A stretch of 64,000 bases of DNA from the human T2T-CHM13v2.0 reference genome, Homo sapiens: assembly GCF_009914755.1 (NCBI RefSeq), contig NC_060931.1; one strand, written 5' to 3'. Positions 30,951 through 44,418 of this stretch are shown piece after piece. The notes under the pieces are model-generated. The model saw nothing but the letters and a program-made list of their open reading frames with translations, had not been told where the DNA came from and searched no databases. Both the position numbers and the translations under genes were made by a program. The first letter of the stretch is position 1; every line of letters starts with the position of its first letter.

Positions 30951-31245
30951 GGCCAGGCGCGGTGGCTTACACCTGTAATCCCAGCATTTTGGGAGTTCGA
31001 GGTGGGCAGATCACTTGATGTCAGGAGTTCGAGACCAGCCTGGCCAACATGGTGAAACCCCTTCTCTACTAAAATTACAAAAATTAGCCGGATGTGGCAA
31101 TGCGTGCCTCTGGTCCCAGCAACTTGGGAGGTTGAGGCACGAGAATCGCTTGAATATAGGAGTTGCAGTGAGCTGAGATTGTGCCACTGCACTCCAGCCT
31201 TGGTGACACAGTGAGATTCTGTCTCAAAAGAAAAATAAATAAAAT
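30951..31245 (+). mobile_element. AluS
   Basis: TSD TAAAATRCCTTTAGAG. Confidence 0.9.
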
Positions 31246-32296
31246 AAAATACCTTTAGAGAGTAAAATGACTCTACTTTCAGTACTCTCTCCTTTAAGGT
31301 TTTTTAACAACACAAATCAGCAACATAGAAGGAACACCAGTATAAGAAGATTAACAGACAGTACAAATTAGAAATGCATGAAGAAGGTTGGGTATTTATC
31401 TGAAGTTCTCTATTGGAATTTTGAGCTTAGTTAGAACTTTGTAGTCTACCCCAAATTACAGGGAAGTGGGTCTTCTTATAGTTGGTGTTATTTTATAAGA
31501 TAATGAAAGGGAGACTCAGTGAGGTGCAGTGATAGGCCTGGGGCATGGGAGTCGGACCTCAAACTCAATTTCAAACCCCATATTTTAGAGCACTCTGTAG
31601 CTACATAAGTTATGAAAGTAGGGGTTTTATTTAAATTCAAATATATTAAGTGAGGAAAGAGAGATGCTGTGATAGAGACCTGAATGTACTTTGGGTTGGC
31701 TAGGACTGGTTTTTCTTACTTTTTTGTTTCGTTTTAAAGTCCATACCTGGGAGATGTCGAATCATAAAGATCTGCCTATTTTTCACCACTGGTTCCCCAA
31801 ACACAGAGAGGACCCAGGCAGATGCACCCTGGGCATTCCAGACATGGTGTGCTGTAGAGGCTGGTAGGATTCTTGTGTCTCCAAGATTGAATTCATTCCC
31901 TATGGTTGAACTCTTTATGTCCCAGATCAGACCTGGGAATATTAACTTCTAGAACGTTTCCTAAAATTATGTGTTTTGGAATCTGATAGATTTGAGTGTG
32001 AATCGGCTTTATTACCTTCTAGCTATGGGATCACAGGTAAGTTAATTGACCTCTCTGAACTTTGGTGTCCCCATCTATAAAATGTAGATTGTTGATTTGT
32101 GTGAATGGATTTGTTCAACATATATTTCTTCATCATTTACTATATGCCATACACTGTGCCAGATACTGGAGATAGGAAGATAAAACACCTTAACCTCACA
32201 AAGCGTCCACTGTGGTGGGGGAGACACATGTAAGTCATCATTCTAGTGCCATATAACAATTCTAGTAGACATAGAGAGAGTAGTAGCATCTCACCT

Positions 32297-32693
32297 GTGG
32301 TAGAGGCTTCTACTGCTCACTTATGTCCAATCTCCTTTCCTTCCAGCCTCATGAGAGGATTACACTTCTGTCCCTTGGAGTTAGGCAGAGCCACGGAACA
32401 GGGCTGGCCAGTGGGCTGAGAATGGGACTAATGCAGTCACTTCTGGGCCAATACACTTCATAGCTAGCACAATACCCTCTCTTCTCCTGCCACAGCAACC
32501 AAGGAGGCTGAGTGTTCTGGATGGTACAATTACAGAATGATGGAGCTTCCATTGGCTCCATCAGGCAAGTCTCTGAAGGGAGTTGCCCAAGTGAATGACC
32601 CAGCCCTGCAGCAGACTTTCACCGGCCAAGCAAAAAATTGTATTAAGCCACCAAGATTTCTGTATTTTAAGTCACCACAGCATGATATAGCCT
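32297..32693 (+). mobile_element. MaLR (MLT1-type) LTR remnant
   Basis: TGTGGTAG start, GTCACTTCTGGGCC, TTAAGCCACCAAGATTT end-motifs. Confidence 0.55.
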
Positions 32694-34663
32694 CAGGAAT
32701 TCATAAGCCCACCTGCAAAAGGCGTTCTGAAAGAGCAGAAGACTGAGTGGGTATTGACTGATGAGTGATAGAAGAGCCAGGGGATGAGGTGGGGAAGGAC
32801 CATTAGAGCAGAGAGGGAGGAAGAGCAAAGGCCCAGAGGGCTGAAATGGCCGGGTAAGGTGGGTAATTGCAAGCAGTTCAGGTGTACTGGAATGTAAAGA
32901 GAAAGGGAGAGGGACAAGAGACAGAGGGAAGAGGTGGACAAAACCAAACTCTGGAAGGCCTTGTGGGCAATATCACTAGCTTGGCCTTTACCATAAAGAT
33001 CATGTGAACTACGTAGGGTTTTGAGCAGATTGATATGCTTATCTGTGCTTATGTAGAGGAGACATTGGGGCAGAACTAGAGACAGGAGACCAAGATGAAA
33101 CTAAACAACTTATGGAAAGTACCTACTGTAGTACCTGGCAGACAGAAGTATGTGACTTCCCTTTTCCCTTCCTCAGCTCATATATTAATGTAGTTTTAGA
33201 AATTAGCCAAGCCTGGACCTCAGCATTCTTACTTTTAGGACTTGTTAGAAACAGATGCTTTATTGTATAAAAATATGTGTACAGGAATGTCTCTTGCAGC
33301 CTTGCCAGCAGAGGTAGAAAATAAAAAATGACCTGGATGTCCATCAAGAGAAAATTGGCTAAATAAGTCGTGTAACTTGCTATGTTACATGCTATCTAAG
33401 AGAATAAAGCTATGTTAACTGACCTGGATGGAGTATCCATGGTCTAGAGCTAGGTGAGAAAAAAAAAAAAAAACTTGTAGAGTAATAACCATTGTATGAT
33501 CTTATTACTATAAAATAAACAAACCAACCTCGATTCTACATATGTAATTAGGATGCCTATTGATATCCTACTGTGTGAGCCCATGGCAGGGTGCCAAAAG
33601 TGGTACAAGCTGTTAACAGTGGTCAGCTCACTCAAGGGGCTGGCAATCTTGCCATTGTTACACTTAGCATGTGTTACTTTTATACCTTTTTTTAGTTAAT
33701 AGGAAAGCTAAAAAGAAAAACACTATCCTAGAGAATTGGAATTGCTAGTGCTTTTCTCATAGAGATTGTTCTCAATTGCAAAGGCATAAAAACCAATCTT
33801 TAAGCCAGAAGATTCCTTGCCGAGTTGAAGTTTCCTCTTCTTGCTGGAACACAATTGTTTTTAAATCTAATGTCCCATCTTGAGTGTTCTGTGATTATTA
33901 ATTACAATGGATTGAACCACAGAATCTCAGAGGATTTAAACGGATCCAGAATTTCAATGCTAATTGCTCTCTGAGAGTAAGCAACGTTCACTTTTAGGAA
34001 ATGAATTGGCCTTCCCATCAGGATAAGCAAATTACTTTGGGCTGTGGGAAAAAAGGTAACTAATCTTCTAAAAGGATATATTGGTCTTAAAAGAACAAGG
34101 ATATGAAAATCACACTGAATCATTAAAAACTCCTTAAGGTCAGGGATTAAGGCCTGTAATAGGTTGATGAATTGAATCTAACTTAATTATAAAGCAAAGC
34201 ACTAACCTCATAGAATACCTGAGTCAAGTTCCCTGTGTTCTCATTTTCTAGCCTCTTCTACCAGACACTATGAAAAATAACAGCCCCATCTCTCCAGAAA
34301 ATCTTAGGAGATATAGGCGTGCTGAATTTAAGGTGTCTGTGGCACATGCAAGTGGATCAGCCACTGGGCTGTCCAGAATGCAAGAGAGAACTCAGAGTTG
34401 GGGACATAAACTTGGCAGTCATCTGTGTAAAAGAGAAAAGGTAGGTAAAGTCCCACAAGGATGGGTTGGCCTACAGAAGGCACAGAGAGAAGAGAGCCTG
34501 GTTTAGCATGGGCTACGATCAGAGTCCCTGGGTTCAAATCTTGGCTCCACCCATTTCTATCTGGTTGCTCTAGGGCATGTTACCTAGTTCTTGTAATGCT
34601 CCGTTTTCTCATCTGAAAAACCCAGTTGATAGCCATAGCTCCCTTAGAAATATTGTGATGAAA

Positions 34664-34950
34664 GGCTGGGCACGATGGTTCACGCCTGTAATCCCAGCAC
34701 TTTGGGAAACCAAGGTGGGCAGATCACAAAGTCAGGAGTTCAAGACCAGCCTGGCCAATATGGTGAAACACTGTCTGTACCAAAAATACAAAAATTAGCG
34801 AGGCGTAGTGGTGGGTGCCTGTAGTCCCAGCTACCAGGGAAGCAGAGGTTGCAGTGAGCTGAGCTCTCACCACTGCACTCCAGCCTGGGCAACAGAGCGA
34901 GACTCCGTCTCAAAAAAAAAAAAAAAAAAGAAAGAAAGAAAAGAAAAGAT
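34664..34950 (+). mobile_element. AluS with a right-arm deletion
   Basis: TSD AGAAATATTGTGATGA. Confidence 0.88.
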
Positions 34951-37900
34951 AAAAGAAATATTGTGATGAGGGCTAAATAAGATAATATACACAGACTTAG
35001 AGCACCTAGCTCACAGTGGACCCTCTGAAATGTTCCCTATTACTGTACAGGGCTCGGCTAGAGCAAGGGCCCAGGGAATATCCACCAGAAGGAGGAGATG
35101 CAGGGAGAGAGGAGGGAGGCAGGCCAAGCAGGAAGGGGTGGTCAGTAGCTTCAGATGGGCTACAGGTAAGGCAAGCTTAGGACCAGAATGTTTCATTGGA
35201 TTTAGCCACAAGAGGTCATTTGGAGTGGGTCAAAGCTATTCTGGGTAGAAGCCAAACAGTTTCCAAAGCAAAACAGGCGGCAACACTAGCATTCAGAGAG
35301 ATCCAGGGACCAAGAATCTTAAAGAAAGGTTTAAAATGGTCAAAATAAACTTGCATTTAATTAACATTTTCATGAGTACTACAGTAATACATAATCAATG
35401 CAGAAAACCTGGAAAACAAAGAAAACTACAAAGAGGAAAAGAAGTATTTCTCATTCTACCTTCCAGACATACCTACATTTCTTCCCGTGTATGTGTATTT
35501 ATATCAGGTGTAACAAGCATAGTTCATCTTGTCGTGTGACAAGCATAGTCTGAATTTGCCCAATATTTCAAAACCTATTATTTAAAGAAACTTGAAGAAA
35601 ACCTGGAAGAATATTTTCATTGTATCAAAGTAGACTAAATAGGCCATTTTAAGTATGTCACAAAATCTAGAAGCATAAAAGAAAGGATATATAGTCTGCT
35701 TCATATAAATCAAAACTTTCTGCATGGCAAAAACACTATAAATTAAGCAGAAAGACGAATGATAAATTTTAAAAGACATGTGAAAAACAAACGTTTGCTC
35801 CTTGGAATATATCAAGAAGGGCTTTGAATCAATGGAAAAGGATCAATAACTGACAGAAAGATAGACAACGGATATGAACATAGAATTCACGGAAAACAAA
35901 ATAAAAATGGTTCTTGAATACCTGACCAGGTGCTCAATCCTACTTATACAAGAGAGATGCAAATTAAAACTACGCTGATATAAGTTCTTCCCTCTGCAAT
36001 CTGGCAAAGATCAAGAAAACTGACAGTATCATGTGCTGACAAACATATGAGGAACAGCTGTTCCCATACATCACTGGAGGGAGTATTAAATTTGTACAAC
36101 CTCTACCTGTCTCTGTCTCAAAACTGCCCATATCCTTTGAGTCAGCAATTCAATTTCTAGGAAACTATCACACTAATACACTCACATGTATGAAATCGCA
36201 CATGGACAAGATTATTCATTGCCGCTTTAGCTGTAATAACAAAAGATTGGAAACAACCTAAAATTCCCTTAATGGGGGACTGGTTAAATACATGGAATTC
36301 GAAGGCTAAAAAGGAAGAAGCAATTCTGCATCTCCTGATAAGAAATGATTGCTAAAACCCATTCAATAAAGAAAGCAAAATGTAGAACAGTGTAACTGAT
36401 GTGCCATCACTTATGTAGAAGAATAAAAATAAATCCTAGGAAATATGAATATTTTGCTAATACATGCATGAAGTATTTCTAGAAGGAATCACAAGAACCC
36501 AGTAGTTACCCCTAATGGCTCACACATGGTGGAAGTGTAAATTTTTTTTGTAATTTTGTTACTAAGTACTCTTTGTTATCTTTTGAATTTTGTGCCATGG
36601 GTATGTGTTACCTATGTAAAAACTAGAAACTTAACATATAACATTTTAAAACAATGGCTGCGTGTGGTGGCTCATGCCTGTAATTCCTGTGCTTTAGGAG
36701 GCCAGGAGTTCACAATCAGTCTGGGCAATATAGTGAGACCTTGTCTCTACAAAAAACAATTCTAAAACATTTCAAAACCAAATGAAATCTATGAGCCACT
36801 TTATTTGCCTTTTTTTTTTTTGGTGGTCATTTTGGGTTTTGCTTTTTTTTTTTTTCAGCTGCCTTTCCCCTTCTTGCTTTGTCTATGTTGATGCTTTTCT
36901 CTCTTTTTCCCTTCTCCTCTCTGTTTCCCTTGCCCCACCTCTGTCTAATACATCAACAACTAAACAACAACAATTATCATCTACCAACAATTTAGCATAT
37001 ACCAATAACTGTCCTTAATGGATAGGATTTCATTTAATTCCCACAACCACCCCCAGATGGTTAAGTATTATTTGCCACAGTTTACAAATGAGGAAACGCA
37101 GGCACAGGGAATTGAAGTGCCTTGCCCAAACCCACACAAGCTGTAAATGATGGAGCTGGGATTTAAACCAAGTCGGCCTCTGCAATCCATGTTTTCTCTA
37201 GTAAACCATACTGCCTGTGATATGGAATAAGTACATGTATTTTTTTTCTTAACTTTTGCGTAAAGTATGACCATCTTTGTTTCTAATTTGTAAATCAAAT
37301 AAGCTTAATATTTTATATGGCTTTTAGAAAGCACATATACAAAGAAAATTTTATAAATTAAACTGTTCTTTACTTCTAAATCTTTGACGATTATTTCCAA
37401 GACATAAATTCCAAGGAGATCCCAGCTTTCATTCGTTTACCATCCTGTGCACCAACCACGTACTCAAATTCATGCTATTCCTTCGCACAAGAAAGATAGA
37501 GCCCTCAAGAAACTCTCAATCAACTGGGGAGAAAATAATAACAGTATTAATAGCTCATGTTTACTGGGACTCTACCATGTGCCAGGCAGATGCTAAGCAC
37601 TTTACATAGGTTCTGATAACTCTGTGACATAAGGTGCAACTGCTACCTCCATTTTTAAAATGAGAACAATTAAGCCCAGATGTTAACTTCCCAGCGGACC
37701 TCAGCTTAGAAAGTACAGAACAAGGATTTGAACCTAGGCAGTTTGGCTCCAGAGCCTGTGCCATCACAACACTGCCCGGAAACAGATTAGTACAGTACAT
37801 GCCCCTGCGGGAGAGCCCAGAGGAGAACCTGCACTATTCCTGGAAATTGATCAGCAGAGGCTTCTGGGAGGATCGAGGCATGATTTGAGTCTTGACAGAA

Positions 37901-40900
37901 GTTCAGAACACAGAGACGTCACGGCATTCTACCCTGCACTGAAACTGTTCTAAAAAGACTGGCATGCTTCGGAGAGAAAAAAAAAAATGTAGCATAGAGT
38001 CTCCTGTGACCTGCCTGGGAGCTGTGCCATGCAATGGAACCAAATTTCCTTCAGGGAGTTTTACATTTTACTCAATATTCTGAAGTTTAGCTATCACACA
38101 ATTAAGTATCAACCAGGTTCCTGTCATCAGTGGGTACTGTTGGAAGAGGACAGGGAATTGGATTTAACAACACTGTTTGTTCTTCTAATGCAACATCGTA
38201 GAAATATGTAACAGAACTGTAATGGAGATGAATCACAAGAAGGACGCAGCACAAGATGCTATGCCAAGAATAATATTAGGAGAAGTGACGTTCTGTCATT
38301 CTGTTACAGTTAAGAGTAAACTTATGATCCAAGAAGCAGCAATCCTTTAGAGACCCTGAGAACTCTTCAGGGCTCTCCTCGTCCTTTTCACTCAGGGCCC
38401 CAAAGCCAGCCTCTTCATTCATCAGCTCTGGATGGGACAGACAGTGACAAAGCAGAAATCCCTAGGCCCCTGGGCTGCTGCTGTGCAGCAGCAAACTCCC
38501 TCACTGTGACTAACTTTCTGCTTCTAACTTATCCCATGGCTCAGAAAAGCTGGGCTCAGCCTCTGCCTTGATCCATCAAGCCATGATCCAGCACGTGGCT
38601 GGGGAAAATCTGAGCGCATATAATTCTGTAGGACAAGGTGTGTCCTGCGCACATCCTAACTCTCCCTCATTCAGGTGGCAGCCTGTGCCTATCTGTTTAT
38701 AAAAGTGGCAGCCTTCATTCTGAGGTATAGAAGCAGCATACTTTGACCAGAACAATCTCTTTCCTTAAAAAGCTTTGTGATCAATTGCCTTTGAAATGAG
38801 AGAAGATCAAATAATCCTTAATGCCTTTGATACATCCTTTTCTTACACTCCCCAAATAGAGCTCATACAATATAACTAATCTCTGGAATGGATTGATTTT
38901 GCCTTCAAAATATCCTTTTATTTCCTTGGACCCACTTATGGTCTGGAAGATATTTAACAACTAGCTAAGGAACAGAGGGAAGGGAGGGCTCTGATTGTAG
39001 CATTTGCCAATTTCCATGGTGTAATGTTTCCACACTAATTTCAAGCTACCATCAGGAGTCACTTAATGTAGAGTTGGGAAGAGATCAGTACAGTTGGCTC
39101 TCTTGAACCGGCCAGCTCCTGTGCAACCCTGCCTGGGCTCCTCCATCTGGTGTCATGCTGAGATGTTTGCAACAGCCTCTGAGCCCACCTCCCAGACTAC
39201 AATCCCCTGGGGTCTTCTTCCTGCTCACTCAGATGAAATACTTTCATCATGTCACTGTTCTTCTGACAACCCTACCCCCAATTTACCACCCCATTTTACC
39301 TCTTCTCCCAAAGACCAATGAACTTTTTTCATGATTCTGGGTTCCTGCATCATCTCAGGTAAATAAATCATTTAACCTCTCCGAACTTCAGTTTCTTATC
39401 CATAAAGTGAGAATAAAATAGTCACCTCCATAGAGTGAAGTTTAAATGAATTAATGTGTGTAAAGCCTCTAGTCCAGCACCTGGCATCCAATAAATACCT
39501 GATTAATCCTACATGTCAATTACTCAAAGTACCTTAGAAGGAAAACAATGGTGTCGTTATAGAATTCAAAGGCCACGAATCCTCAAAGGACTTCACTCAG
39601 TACCTCAAAACTATTCCACATTGGTGCTTACTATTATATTTTTGATGAGTTCTAGAGAGAGAAGAAATGCTAAAAAACCCAACAGTAGCTCATTTTAGCA
39701 TCTCAGAATCCTCAAGCAAGACCATGGCCAAACACTCAAACTCCTTCCCTGACCGTTATCAAGAGAAACTCTCTGCTTTGTGGTGGGTCTTGCTTCTGCA
39801 CCCACAGGAAATGCAGTTTCTCTTGCACAAGTAACACAATCACAATAAGTGAGAGGTCACCTGAGGGAGATACAACCAGACCTGGAGATGGAAAGGAGAG
39901 AAATGGTACAAGACTACAAAGTCCTTATCAAGGTTTACATTTTTTTTGCCTTGCAAAACAGACCTTTATAAGAAATGTCAATGTATTAGAGGTAACGGGC
40001 CACACAAGATGAGAAAAGATGATGATGCCATCATTCATGACAATTCTCCGTAGGTCCTGCCACCAAGGAAGAGCAATGAGCTACTGATGCCCATTGTGGG
40101 GTCCAACAAAAGCATGGTTATGTCCCAGAACCAGCTGAAAAGCAAAGTTCAGCTGAACTGCAAACTCATTTTCATGATGCCAAACAATTTGCACAGCTTG
40201 ATTTAGGGATTACACTGCTCCATGAACAACTGGTAAGTTAACCCTCCAGGAAACTCAGTGATTGTTTTAAATGCATCTCATCCCCATTAAGATATGAACT
40301 CTTTCCCCGCGCCTTAACAAGTGAATTGTGTGCATATGCAGGAGTCATCTGTAAACCTCACTTGATGTTTCCCCTCTGAACTCTGATTGGTATACCTACA
40401 GCTATTATTTACTTCACCTCTACTCAGAGTTATCCAGAATGTTACGCATACAAAGGAGTATAAATAGGGAAAGCAGGTTATCAAACGCCGTGGATGGCAT
40501 TTTCCCATTACACCTAGATACATATGAAAAAATGTACAAACGACTAGAATGATTACACCATAGTGATAACAATGATTACTACTGGGTACTAAGATAATGT
40601 ATTTTATAATTTTTTCCTTTTGTTTATCTCTCTTTTCTGTTTTCTACATTGAAAATGTATTACTTGTTTTTAAATTAAAAACATTTAATTTGAATACCTC
40701 ATATGAGTGTGGCCTTACAGGCCTGGGTACCCAGGAAGCCTGGTCTGGCCTGTATAATAATTAAGAAATAATTAATTGTATAATAATTGTGCTTGTATAA
40801 TAATTAAGAAATCTGCTACCTCCTTTCAGGTAGCAGCCCTTACCAGGGCTCTAGAATCTCCTGAATCAGTTTAGTCTCCCTGAAGCCACTAAGATCTGGG

Positions 40901-43900
40901 CATGTCAAAATGGGTGGCACCCTGCCCAGTCAAAGCACTTCCACTAACAGGTCCTTGGGTGGGAACTAGAAGACAGCATCAGGCTTTTGGGCTTTCAAAA
41001 AGTATTTCTTAATGTAGAGACTCCTATTCCTGTAGTCCCATTAACAGTAGACTCTTGATTAATAAGCATGGCTAATGAAAATCCACAGAATCACAGAACC
41101 ACAGAATCCTGGAGCTAGGAGGGAATTCAGCAAACCCCTAAGGTGGGAGAGTACTTTGCCCCAAATCCTCAGTTCATCGTCATCTGAACACTTTCATCTG
41201 CCAACAGCTACACTCCCAAGACACAAGAAGCCGAGGATTTGGCAATGCAGTAAAAAGACAAGCCTAATTCAGGGAAACCCTACATTCAGCCAAAATTTTT
41301 TGCTGGCAGTATAAAACCCCCACTTCCTTCTGAATCCTGCAGTCTAAATCAAGCCAAGAAGGGCAACAGGGCTTTTACAAGCCTGGCCAACCGATTACCC
41401 ACACAATGTCAGACAGAAACAGCCCAGGACTCAAATTTCCCTCTGACACCTGACCTGCCCCTGACTACATACCTGGTGTCTTCAGTAGTTTCACTGGGCC
41501 CATGGTGGACAAACTTAACACAGAGAAAGAATGTGCATGACAGCCTCTCTATTGGTTGTCCTAGAGAGATAGGAGGATCTGAGGCACTTGGTGGCAACTG
41601 CTTAGGCAGCAAGCCTCCAAACAAGCCTTTAGCAATAGGAAGCCATTTCCACACATCCAGATCACTTGCCAAGCTGATGGGTGCCTTCCCTCCTGTCCCC
41701 ACCTCTCCCCGACCCCCGTCTCACCCACAGAAAAGTAGCACATAGAAAATATGGCTTCCAGGGTGAGAGATATAGGGAATCCCACAGTGCCCTTGGGGGA
41801 CACAGTAATGTGGCTCAGACATAGACCACTGTACAGATCCAGCAGCACAGGAAGGGCTGCAGGCCTGGGAGAAAAGTGACAGCAGATGGCCGGTCCAGGC
41901 TTTCTGGGTACCCAGGCCTGTAAGGCCACACTCATATGAGGCAGGCAGCACCCCTTGGAACAATATCTATGGTAGGTCTATAGACCAAGGGCTCTGCTCT
42001 GTGCCGCAGACATCCACACACATACATAGGTACACATGACATAGAATTCAATAGCTTGAAGAAATTGCCTATGATTCTTCAACTTGCTTACCTGGATCTG
42101 AATTCTTCCATAACATTTTAAATCAATCCAGGTGTACCCATCTTCAGAAATAATGGACCCCAATGTCTCAGAATTACAGAGTCAGAGTCCTCAACATGTC
42201 CAAAGCATTTCGTGGAAATTATTCCACCATGAAGACTAGAATGGCCTCTCTTCATGGATTCAGCTTGCTAAGGAGGCTTAGTTCAGAGGGACTAAGACAC
42301 TCTCCTTTTAGCAAATAACTAACCAAAAGGGCAAGGAAGGGAGGTAAAAGACGTCATAACCAGGCCAGTAGAATCCCCTGGTCTGGCCATTACATGTGAT
42401 GATTTCAAATGGGTTCTTAGTACCTTAATTTTGAGGGAAAAGAGTAGAGGAAACCAGCCAATGCTTTGCATGCTTAGTTTCTGCTGATGACACTGAACTC
42501 AGAGAACTGAGATCTTTGGAGAAACCAAAGATGGCTCAAATGACTCGTGATAATAAATGAACGTATTACTGCTCGCTGACAAATTGAAGTTTCCTAATTA
42601 TAAAGCAGAACCAGTGGCCACCACCATAGAAAGCCTACCCCACAGATGGAGAAGAGGCAAAGCACTGAAACTCAGTCCGAGGGACCTCCCCAGCCATGGG
42701 GGCAGGGCCAAATGGGGCTTCTTCAGGACCAGCAAAGCCATTTTTCTCATCAGCAAACTAGCTTCAGAGAAGTTTGCAATCAGGGCACTCTCTTCCAAGC
42801 CTAGAGACCCAGGGAAAGGGGTACGGGGGTGTCCCAAGGCAAAGAGAATCTACACTTTTTGCCCCCGGAGAGGCTACTTCCCTCCCAAGATGCCTGGGAT
42901 TTTCCACTTCAGCAGGGGGAAGGTAAGTCACATAGCAAAATAATGAGGGCACAGAACAGATGACCTCCCTATAGAGTTTTGAATGAGAAACACAGCAGGG
43001 CAGATGTGCCCCTTCTCTAGTCTAGGAGGAGCTAGGTCCAGCCCCTGAACATCCTCCCCCTCAGAAAAGCTGAGGCCAGACTAAGAATTCACCAGACCAA
43101 GGAGCTACAACAGGACATCAGAGCTGAGGCTGCAAAGCCAGGACTGAGACCAGACCAGGCAGGAAACTGTCAAGAGCTTTGGTCACCAGGCCTGGCTGCC
43201 CTCCAACATCAGCTGGCTCTTTCTAAATTGACACACCACATGTCCCTAAAATTCTCTCTTCAAGTAATACCACCATCAAAGCAGGACATTTCCCAGAGCC
43301 TTAGAGCCTGGTGTCTGCTCAGTGGGACTCAACCCCAGAAGAAGCTGTTAAATCACCCACTGTTTCAGTTTACAAACTTCTTACGACTTGGCAACAAGTG
43401 AAACTACATTCTGGCAGCAACTGCAAGTTCCCTAGTACCCAGGACTTCCCGTTTTTTCTTGCTGTACTCCCTCCTGTTAAATCACAGACTCATCCATCTC
43501 CAACCCCCAGAATATAGAGAAAGAGCACAACACTACATCTTAACTCCTGAGACGTGGAGAACACTTCTCCTCCTGAGAGCTTAAGTACCAAATGGAAGCT
43601 ACTTTTCCCCCTTGGTCTCAAATGTATTACTAGATTCTGAACTGGACTCCACCATCACGTAAGAAAGCAGTCATGGGCAGTAATTCTGGGAGATCCAGAT
43701 AGGACATGCCAGCCCCACACTGGTGGCATAGGAAGCCAAGTTGCTGCTTCCTCCCTGTGCACTCCCATTTGTCTGGCCTCTCTTGATCTCAGCTGGCGCT
43801 CACTTCACATCAGCTATGATGCAATCCAGCAACTAAAGTATTAGTTAATAAATGCTGACAGCACAGCCTTTTCTGGTCACGTATTCATACTAAAATACGG

Positions 43901-43995
43901 GGGAGAGTTGGGGGGAGAGGGGGATATATGGGAAATCTCTGTACCTTCCTCTCCATTTTGCTATGACCTAAAGCTGCCCTTTAAAAAATACAAGG

Positions 43996-44418
<423 letters not shown>

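Noticed and set aside
40697-41941. DNA transposon with 54-bp TIRs
   Set aside because: No TSD (TGAATA vs CAGGCA), termini unlike hAT or Tc1, and no transposase trace; kept as an inverted duplication.
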